NCBI GenBank assembly: GCA_963783375.1
Contig: CAWANH010000028.1
Coordinates: forward strand, 672,001 to 736,000
Length of the DNA stretch: 64,000 nt
DNA from: Candidatus Eiseniibacteriota bacterium
GTDB lineage: Bacteria; Eisenbacteria; RBG-16-71-46; JABDJR01
Reading direction: 5' to 3'
Shown: positions 56,666-64,000 of the stretch, piece by piece
Position numbering within the stretch: the first letter of the stretch is position 1
How the letters are laid out: each line of letters starts with the position of its first letter
The notes under the pieces: generated by a model
The model's input: the letters and a program-made list of their open reading frames with translations, nothing else
Database searches by the model: none
What the model was told of the DNA's origin: nothing
Made by a program: the position numbers and the translations under genes

Positions 56666-59203
56666 TCATGCCGCCTTCCGCAGGTGCTGAAGCTCGGCCA
56701 GAAGGGACGAGACCTTCTGCACGGTGAACGGCTTGGCCAGCACCCGGGTCACCCCGCGGTCTTCCGCCTCACGCGTTCCGATCTGGTTCCCCCAGCCGGT
56801 CACCAGGATGATGGGGATCGTCCGGTCGCGAAGCCGGATATCGTGGGCCACTTCCCAGCCGCTCATGTCCGGCATGCCGAGATCGGTGAACACCACGTCG
56901 AACCGGCCGGGTTCGAACCGATCCAGGATCTCGCGGCCGCTCCCCACCTCCTCGACTTCATTCCCCAGGGCGATGAGGAGCTCCACCAGGGTCTGGCGCA
57001 CGTTGGCTTCGTCGTCCCCCACCAGAACGCGGCACGATTCCGCGGCCAGCATGGGTTCCTCGATCCCCTCGGGGAGGTTGGCCTGAGCGGTGGGCAGAAC
57101 GATCTCGAAGCGCGTTCCGCCCCCCTCGTTCTCCTCCACCCGAATGCGGCCGCCGTGGCGCTCGATGATGCCGAACACGATGGAAAGACCCAGGCCGCTT
57201 CCCTTCACCCCTTTGGTGGTGAAGAAGGGTTCGAAGATCCGCTCCCGGATCTCGGGGGAGATGCCGACTCCGGTGTCGGCGATGGACAGGCACACCCCGT
57301 CGTCGTCGGAGCGGGTGGCCAGGGTGATGGTGCCCCCCTGGGGCATCGCGTCCACGGCGTTGAAGATGAAGTTGGTGAGAACCTCGCGGATCTCCGAGGG
57401 CACGCAAGGGACCTGTGGCACGCTGTCGAGGTGGAGCTCGACCTCCACGCGGACCCCGTTCTGCTCGGCCTGGGTCTTCCACCGGGGCCGGGTGATCTCC
57501 GCGGCCTCGCGGACCAGGTTGTTGAGATCCGCCCGCACCAGTTCCGGGTGCCCCCCGCGATCCCGGCTGAACTCCTGGATGCGGCGGACGGTCTCCGCGC
57601 CGTCGAGGGCGGCGCGCTCGATGATGGCCAGGGACGCCCCGAGGTCCTTCGGATCCAGGGCCGCGCGCTCCTGCTTCATGCGAAGGAGCTGCACCCGGCC
57701 GATGATGGCGGCGAGCACGTTGTTGAAGTCGTGGGCCACGCCGCTGGCCATCTGCCCCACGCTCCGCAGCTTTTCCGCGTTCCGGGTGTTCTCGGAATGA
57801 GTGAGCTGCTCCTGAGTCTCCTTCAGCTCCACGAAGGACCGCTGGAGCCGCTGATAGAGGTCGGCGTTCTTGAGCACCAGCCCCATGTTGTCGGCGATGG
57901 CCACCGTGGTGGAGATTTCCGCGCGGGAGAACCCGTCGCGACGCCGCGACGCGATGCCGAGCACCCCCAGGAACTCGCCCCGCGCCATGATCGGAACCAG
58001 GAACCCCGACTTGAACCCGTTCCGGCAGAGCCAGCCGTCGGCCAGGAGCGGATCGTCCTGGAAGCTGGGAACCGAGCGGGGGACCTCGGTCTGACGGATG
58101 TGGTCCAGGAGCGGGAGTTCGCCGGACACGACGTTCCGGACATGAACCTCCAGATCCTGGCGGTCCAGCCACACGAAATCCCGCCGGAAGCTATTGGTCG
58201 AGCCGAGGAGGCGCAGCACGGTGAGATACTCGTACTGCATGAGCCGGGGAAGCTGGCGATGAAGCTGGGCATAGATCTCTTCCGGCTCCAGGCTCACCGC
58301 CATGGCCCGGGACAGCTCGTTCAGCACCCGGAGACGGGTGGCGCGGAGCTTGGCCTCCTCGTACAGGCTCTCCTGCTCCAGCGCGGCGGCCTCCATCTCC
58401 TGATGCCGCCCGGCCAGCGTTTCCCGGGTGGCGGCCAGGCTCTCCGTCATCTCGTTGAACGCCTCGCCCAGGCTCCCGATCTCGTCTCTGGACTTCACCT
58501 CCACCCGGCGCGACAGGTCCCCTTGGGTCACCGCCTTGGCCACCGCGGCCATCTCGCGGAGGGGTTTTAGGGTCCAGCGGGTGATGAGCATGATCGCGGC
58601 CAGGCCGAGGAGGCTCACCGCCAGTCCGAACCCCAGGCTGGCCAGGAAGGCGTGTTCGATGCGGCCCAGGGTGGGGGCGGTGCACAGGCCCAACCGCACC
58701 GTGCCGAGACGCCGGCAAACCCCGTTCTGGGGAACGATCGGGTGGATCTCCCCGTGAGCGTCGGTATCCCATACCGGCGTGTTGAAGGTGTAGAGCAGCT
58801 TCCCCTTCTCGGTCCGGATCTTCACCAGCTTCGAAACGGACGGCGCCCAGGCCTCGGCCACCAGCCGGGGCCGGAGCCGGGAGAGATCGATGTCCCCGCA
58901 GGTTCCCTCGGCCACGAGCTGACCGCGATCGTCCTGGATCATCACGTAGCGGACGTCCTCGTCGCCGCAGAGCGAGGCCACCATCTGCTGGAATTCGGTC
59001 GAGTCCCCTTCCTCGAAGGCATGGATGGCCTGATAGGAGAGGTTCTGGGACATGGCGTAGCCGCGCTTCTCCAGCTCGTGGAGGAGCGTGGTCCGGGATT
59101 GGTAGAAGTGGAGGGTGGCCAGCACCAGGGTGCTGAGAACGAAGAGGGTTCCGGTCACCAGGATGAACCGGCCTCGAAGCCCGAAGAGCGACATGCGCAT
59201 CAT
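56666..59203 (-). CDS. Hybrid sensor histidine kinase (HAMP-GAF-HisKA-HATPase-REC)
   Basis: DEIGSLGEAFNEM; GVAHDFNN; FEPFFTTK, GLGL; TDLGMP. Confidence 0.93.
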   Translation of the reverse strand: MMRMSLFGLRGRFILVTGTLFVLSTLVLATLHFYQSRTTLLHELEKRGYAMSQNLSYQAIHAFEEGDSTEFQQMVASLCGDEDVRYVMIQDDRGQLVAEGTCGDIDLSRLRPRLVAEAWAPSVSKLVKIRTEKGKLLYTFNTPVWDTDAHGEIHPIVPQNGVCRRLGTVRLGLCTAPTLGRIEHAFLASLGFGLAVSLLGLAAIMLITRWTLKPLREMAAVAKAVTQGDLSRRVEVKSRDEIGSLGEAFNEMTESLAATRETLAGRHQEMEAAALEQESLYEEAKLRATRLRVLNELSRAMAVSLEPEEIYAQLHRQLPRLMQYEYLTVLRLLGSTNSFRRDFVWLDRQDLEVHVRNVVSGELPLLDHIRQTEVPRSVPSFQDDPLLADGWLCRNGFKSGFLVPIMARGEFLGVLGIASRRRDGFSRAEISTTVAIADNMGLVLKNADLYQRLQRSFVELKETQEQLTHSENTRNAEKLRSVGQMASGVAHDFNNVLAAIIGRVQLLRMKQERAALDPKDLGASLAIIERAALDGAETVRRIQEFSRDRGGHPELVRADLNNLVREAAEITRPRWKTQAEQNGVRVEVELHLDSVPQVPCVPSEIREVLTNFIFNAVDAMPQGGTITLATRSDDDGVCLSIADTGVGISPEIRERIFEPFFTTKGVKGSGLGLSIVFGIIERHGGRIRVEENEGGGTRFEIVLPTAQANLPEGIEEPMLAAESCRVLVGDDEANVRQTLVELLIALGNEVEEVGSGREILDRFEPGRFDVVFTDLGMPDMSGWEVAHDIRLRDRTIPIILVTGWGNQIGTREAEDRGVTRVLAKPFTVQKVSSLLAELQHLRKAA

Positions 59204-59416
59204 GATTCGATCGGTGACCTTTCCGGTCCGTGTTCCGGTGGAGTGGGGGAACGCCAACTCCGTAGGGTATCGGCACTTGGTGGGAAGAAGTTGAGGGGTG
59301 GAGGCTCCGGAATCCGGCGGTGACGGATGTCGGAAAGGGTCTTCGCGGCGCGGCGGCTAGCCCGACCCGTTCATGAAGCCGAGTCGCGAGCGGGAGCCGG
59401 TGGCCGTCAGATCGGG

Positions 59417-60703
59417 CTAGAAGCCGAAGCTCAGGCGGGCGAGAAGCCGGTCATTGGGCCCGAAAATGTGGAACGGATCGGTCCGCTCGGCGGGGCCCAG
59501 GATCACGTCCCCCCCCACCTCGGCGGTCCAGGCTCGGCGGATCCTCCGCCGGACCCGCAGGGTTCCCACCGCCTCGTCCCGCTCCAGGTCCTGGACCCAG
59601 GCTGCCTCGACCACCGTCCCCGCCAGATCGTTGGCGCTCCAGGTCAGGGCCAGGGCCAGATCCCGCTGGAAAGGTCGGTAGATGGCCAGGGTGGCGCCGT
59701 CCACCGCTTCGTCGTAGAGGAACTCGGTCACCACGTCCAGGTCTCCGGCCCCACCCAGGGCACCGAGCCACAGGTAGTCGATCCCCACCACCGCCTGGAC
59801 CGAATGGGGGTCGAGGCCGGCGATTTGGCGGGCGAAGGCGGGGTCGGCAACGCTCTGGTCCCGCCAGGTGGCCTCGGCCTTGAGGAGCACGTCCCCCAGG
59901 GCGGACTGGACCTCGCACCCCAGCATCCGAAGCGGAGGGTAGGCGGGCTGGAGACGGGGAGCCGCGCCTCCACCGCCCGCAACGGGCCCGAGGGTCAGGA
60001 CCGGTTCGCGGTCGATCCCGGAGAAGCCGGTGAGATAGAGATCGGTCCGACCGACGGTGAAGCGGGATCGCATAGCTAGTGAATATTCACTCACCCCCCT
60101 GGGCAACACCGGTTTCTCGTCCAGGGGGAGCCCGCCGAACCCCAGGCGGGCCTCGGCGCTGGCCACCGACCAGGGGGAGCGGTCCGACGGGAACGTCACG
60201 CCTTCAACGAACGGCAAATAAACAAGTTCCAACCCGAACGGGGCCGTCCCGTAGAGGCTGGTGAATGCCCAATCACCCTGCTTTTCCGGGTCCAGGAAAT
60301 CGCGTCCCCAGTCCCGGGTGGACAGCACGTCGCCCGGGCGGTACGTGTCCGCGGAGCCCCAGGTGAAGGTCTGCCGGCCGGCCCGGAAGCTCCACCGAGG
60401 CCCCGGCCGGGCCTCGACCCACGCCTCGCGGGGAACCCAGCGAAAGCGTCCGGCGTCGAGAGGGTCCACCCACAGGCGGGGGCGGGCAAAGACCCGGAGG
60501 GCGGGATGAGGATCCCAGCGCGCCTCGAGCTCCCCCCCCAGGAGCCACTCCACGTCCCGGCCCACCGAGAGGGCCTCGGGGTAGAGCCGCCCTCCCGCGG
60601 TGACCTCGCCGTGAAGCGAGAGGCCGGCCGCCGCCGGAGCCGCGAGGAGAAGAACCGCCAGGAAGGCCGCTGCAGGAAGGGCGCGGACCCCGGGGCCTAC
60701 CAC
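59417..60703 (-). CDS. Outer-membrane beta-barrel protein (DUF1302-like)
   Basis: Signal peptide; REAWVE, GRQTFTWG; ends in aromatic F; overlaps the RND gene stop. Confidence 0.75.
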   Translation of the reverse strand: MVGPGVRALPAAAFLAVLLLAAPAAAGLSLHGEVTAGGRLYPEALSVGRDVEWLLGGELEARWDPHPALRVFARPRLWVDPLDAGRFRWVPREAWVEARPGPRWSFRAGRQTFTWGSADTYRPGDVLSTRDWGRDFLDPEKQGDWAFTSLYGTAPFGLELVYLPFVEGVTFPSDRSPWSVASAEARLGFGGLPLDEKPVLPRGVSEYSLAMRSRFTVGRTDLYLTGFSGIDREPVLTLGPVAGGGGAAPRLQPAYPPLRMLGCEVQSALGDVLLKAEATWRDQSVADPAFARQIAGLDPHSVQAVVGIDYLWLGALGGAGDLDVVTEFLYDEAVDGATLAIYRPFQRDLALALTWSANDLAGTVVEAAWVQDLERDEAVGTLRVRRRIRRAWTAEVGGDVILGPAERTDPFHIFGPNDRLLARLSFGF

Positions 60704-63700
60704 TCCCGACCCAGCGCCTCCACGGTGAAGAACCCAGGATCGAGATCCGCCCCGATCGTCCAGGTATCCACCCGGATCTCGGTGGACTTCCCGTTCTGGA
60801 CGTTCTCCATGACCGCGGTCCGGAACCGCCAGTGGACCCCGTCCGGCCGGTAGAAGTCGCGGGACCGGCTCACCTTGTGAAGCGCGCCCTTCCGGTCCCG
60901 GTACTCGGCCCGGAGGATCACGTGCCGGTCGCGGGACACCCAGGTGGTGATCTTCGAGTAGCCGCTTCGCTCGTCGCGCGGCACCGCCTCCACCACGTCC
61001 ACCGAATCCCCGGCCAGGGTGTCGGCGCGAACGTAGCGGTGACGGTACTCGTCCAGCTCGCGCCCCCCCAGATCCTCGTAGGTGAACTCGGTTCCGGCGA
61101 AGTTCCCGGTCTTCCGTGATGCCGCGATCCGCTTCACCCGCCCCAGGGCGGGGAGGTAGAGCCACTGGTCGTCGTCCCCGGGCCGCTCGGCGGTGAGGAA
61201 CGCGGTGCCGCGAAGATCGGGCGGGTCGGTGAAACGGATGAGCGCGCGGTCGCCGTCGTCGCGGGTGAGGAAGGCCATCATGGCCTTTCGGACCGCGGTG
61301 TTCCCGGCGCGGTCGCGGAGCGTCATCGTCACCCGGGCGGTTTCGGAGCGGACGTCTCCGTTCGCGTCCTCCACCGCCTGCATGACCGCGCGCCCCCGGT
61401 CGTCGTCCTCCGGGCGGGCCGGGGCTTCCACGCCGGCGGGCGGCGCCGCGGTCGCCGCCGGGCCTCCCGCATCGCCCGCCGAGGCCTCGGCGCGGCGGGC
61501 CGAAGCCCCCAAGGCGAGCAGGACGACCGCCCCCAGGAGCACCGCCGCCCGCACCGCCGCCTTCTTCCGGTTCCGGCGCCGCCGCTCCTCGAACACCGGG
61601 CGGTAGCGGATGAAGATGGCGGGAAGGATGAAGAGATCGGCGAGGAGCGCCATCACGATGGTGATGGCGGCCAGAAGCGCGAACCACACGCTGGGGAGGA
61701 AGTTGGATCGCAGGATCACCGCGAAGCCGGCGAAGAGAATGGCGGAGGTGAACACGATGGCTCTCCCGGAGACGTGGAAGGCGTAGGCGACGGCCTGGAA
61801 GAGGCTCTTGTCGTCGTCGATGGCCTCGATGTACTTGGCGATGAAATGAATCGTGTCGTCCACCGCGATCCCGATGGCCACCGCCGCCACCATCGCGTTC
61901 ACCATGTCCAGGCGAAGCCCGATCCAGCCCATGAACCCCAGGGTGAAGGCGATGGGCCAGACGTTGGGGATCATGCTCAAGAGTCCCACGCGCCAGGAGC
62001 GGAAGGCCAGGGCCATGGTGAGGGTGATGACCACGAGGGCGACCAGGAACGAGCGGATCTGGCTGGTGATGATGTAGTCGCCCATGTTCTTGTAGAGCAT
62101 CATGAGGCCGGTGAGCTCCACGTCGGCCTGACCGGGGAAGTTCGCGGCCAGCCAACCCTGAAGGTCGCGCACCTGGCGCCGGTAGACGGTGGAGGAGGCG
62201 AAGTTCACCCGCGCGCTCACCCGGGCGGTGGTCTGGGTGAGGTCCACCAGGTTCGAGAGGTCCTCGCGGGGCGAGCTGGCGCCGTAGAGGAGAAGGTACT
62301 GGGCGACCAGGTCCGGGCTATCCGGGACGGTGTGCCAGGCGGGGTCGCCCCCGTGCATGGCCTGGTTGATCTCCTTCAGGTAGTCCACCACCGAGAAGGC
62401 GTCGGTCACGATGCCGATCGAGCGGAGGTGGGTTTCCAGCGCGTCCATGGCCCGGAGCACCTCGGGATCGCGGATCCCCCCCGGCTCCTTCGCCTTCACC
62501 ACGACCTCGAGGTTGCCCACCCCGCCCACCTTGTCCTGGATGTACTCGGTGATCTGGCGCATCGGGTCGCTCTTACGGAAGAACTCGATGGCGTTGGATT
62601 CGACCTTGAGCCGCGCGATGCCGACCCCCGCCACCGCCGTGACCACGCCGGCCACCACCAGGATGGCCACCCCGCGGCGGCGCACGAACCCGGGGAGTCC
62701 CTCCACCACCGCCATCGCCCGGCCCGTCCGGCGGCGAACGGCGTAGGCGGCGTAATCCCCCTTGAGGAAGCTCAGGGCGGCGGGGAGCGCGAACACGCTC
62801 AGGAGAAACGCGATGCTCACCCCGATGGCGGTGAGGGCGCCCATCTCCTGGAGGGGGGCCAGGGGGGCGGCGAGGAGCGCGAGAAACCCCACCGCGGTGG
62901 TGAGGCTGGTGAGGAGGCAGGGCTTGAACAGCCGGCGAACGGTCTCCCGGGCGGCGTTCGGCCCGTCCAGGCCCCCTCCCCGCAGGTTGAAGTACTGCAC
63001 CACGATGTGAACCGAGTCGGCCACCCCGACCGCGGTCAGCACCAGGGGGATGATGGTGGCGAGGCTGTTCTCCTTCCATCCCAGGGCGGGAATGAGCGCC
63101 CGGTCCAGGATCACCGCGGAGAGGATGACCCCCATGGGAAACACGACCCCGGGAAGGCTTCGGATGGTGATGATGAGGAACAGGGTGATGAAGAGGTAGA
63201 GGAGGGGGACGTTCCAGCGCAGGTCGTGGCGGGTGTCGGCGTAGATGTCGTGATCGAGGACCGAGGAGCCGGTGAAGGCGTAGGTGATCCCGTGATCGCG
63301 CTCCTCGCGGGCGAGGAAGGCGTTCACCCGCTTCACCAGGTCGGACTTGTACTGGAACTCGCCGGGGCGGTGCTCGATCTCGGCCACCACCATCGCCACC
63401 TTGCCGTCGACGCTCACCACCCGGCCCCGGGCCAGGCTGTCGGCGAGTACCCGGGCCCGCGCGCTTTCGAGCTCCCCGGCGGTCATGGGGAGATGGGGGA
63501 CCGCCGTCTCCAGCCCGATGTCGTCGCCCTCGCCCCGGATGGTCTCGTAGTTGGCCAGGCTCATGACCCGCCCCACGTAGGCGGTGGTGTCGAGCAGGGC
63601 GGTGACCCGGTCGAGGGAGGCCAGAATCCGGTTGTTGAAGACCGTGCCTTCGGGCCCCGGGTGGGGGCGGCCGGCCCGGCGGGCCCGCGCGTGTCCGGCG

Positions 63701-63948
63701 ATGTCCGGATCGCCGTCGGCGTTGGTGGCCAGGACCACGAACTCGTCGTTTCCGAACACCTCGTGGAAGCGGGAGTAGGACTTCAGGGCAGGGTCGTTCT
63801 CGAGGAACCAGATCTCCGCCGAGGCGTCGAAGGGAACGTGGAAGGCCGGCCAGGTGCAGACGGCCACCGCCAGGAGGGTGACGGCGAGGATCGGAACCCG
63901 GTAGCGGACGGCGACCCGGGCCACCCACTCGGCCACGCGGGCGCTCAC
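60697..63948 (-). CDS. MMPL/RND transporter fused to a LolA-like lipoprotein-sorting domain
   Basis: GVADSVH, TSLTTAVGF, GIAVDDTIHF; C-terminal DDDQWLYLPALGRVKRI...FAGTEFTYEDL. Confidence 0.9.
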   Translation of the reverse strand: MSARVAEWVARVAVRYRVPILAVTLLAVAVCTWPAFHVPFDASAEIWFLENDPALKSYSRFHEVFGNDEFVVLATNADGDPDIAGHARARRAGRPHPGPEGTVFNNRILASLDRVTALLDTTAYVGRVMSLANYETIRGEGDDIGLETAVPHLPMTAGELESARARVLADSLARGRVVSVDGKVAMVVAEIEHRPGEFQYKSDLVKRVNAFLAREERDHGITYAFTGSSVLDHDIYADTRHDLRWNVPLLYLFITLFLIITIRSLPGVVFPMGVILSAVILDRALIPALGWKENSLATIIPLVLTAVGVADSVHIVVQYFNLRGGGLDGPNAARETVRRLFKPCLLTSLTTAVGFLALLAAPLAPLQEMGALTAIGVSIAFLLSVFALPAALSFLKGDYAAYAVRRRTGRAMAVVEGLPGFVRRRGVAILVVAGVVTAVAGVGIARLKVESNAIEFFRKSDPMRQITEYIQDKVGGVGNLEVVVKAKEPGGIRDPEVLRAMDALETHLRSIGIVTDAFSVVDYLKEINQAMHGGDPAWHTVPDSPDLVAQYLLLYGASSPREDLSNLVDLTQTTARVSARVNFASSTVYRRQVRDLQGWLAANFPGQADVELTGLMMLYKNMGDYIITSQIRSFLVALVVITLTMALAFRSWRVGLLSMIPNVWPIAFTLGFMGWIGLRLDMVNAMVAAVAIGIAVDDTIHFIAKYIEAIDDDKSLFQAVAYAFHVSGRAIVFTSAILFAGFAVILRSNFLPSVWFALLAAITIVMALLADLFILPAIFIRYRPVFEERRRRNRKKAAVRAAVLLGAVVLLALGASARRAEASAGDAGGPAATAAPPAGVEAPARPEDDDRGRAVMQAVEDANGDVRSETARVTMTLRDRAGNTAVRKAMMAFLTRDDGDRALIRFTDPPDLRGTAFLTAERPGDDDQWLYLPALGRVKRIAASRKTGNFAGTEFTYEDLGGRELDEYRHRYVRADTLAGDSVDVVEAVPRDERSGYSKITTWVSRDRHVILRAEYRDRKGALHKVSRSRDFYRPDGVHWRFRTAVMENVQNGKSTEIRVDTWTIGADLDPGFFTVEALGREW

Positions 63949-64000
63949 CGGGTCGGGGCCCCCGGGAGGCGGTTCGAGAGATGCTGATGGGCGGCGCGCT

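Overview
High-GC bacterial chromosomal window with about 45 mostly housekeeping, transport and envelope genes. These include a ClC-CBS channel, a PTS-IIA/PII-like/dual cation antiporter operon, kptA, hydantoinase/oxoprolinase A and B, higBA, two B12 radical SAM genes, maeB, hflKC, an MprF-like gene, upp, tdk, GH15, a hybrid kinase and an RND-LolA fusion. No rRNA, intact tRNA, cas gene, integrase or transposase was seen. Two secreted proteins end in a TW[G/S]x[L/I]KxxY tail, which suggests an uncultured FCB-group lineage such as Eisenbacteria, Latescibacterota or Krumholzibacteriota (inference). The most unusual signals are non-coding: three related, highly structured RNA-like modules between convergent genes right after kptA (13293-13901), and a promoter-equipped long rod RNA between convergent genes (1946-2184). 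Also notable are an ALG10/DIE2-like glucosyltransferase, the C-terminal sorting motif, and REP/MITE-like repeats. Several genes carry indels, many in homopolymers and most likely assembly errors. All calls come from reading the sequence by eye; no searches or folding programs were run.
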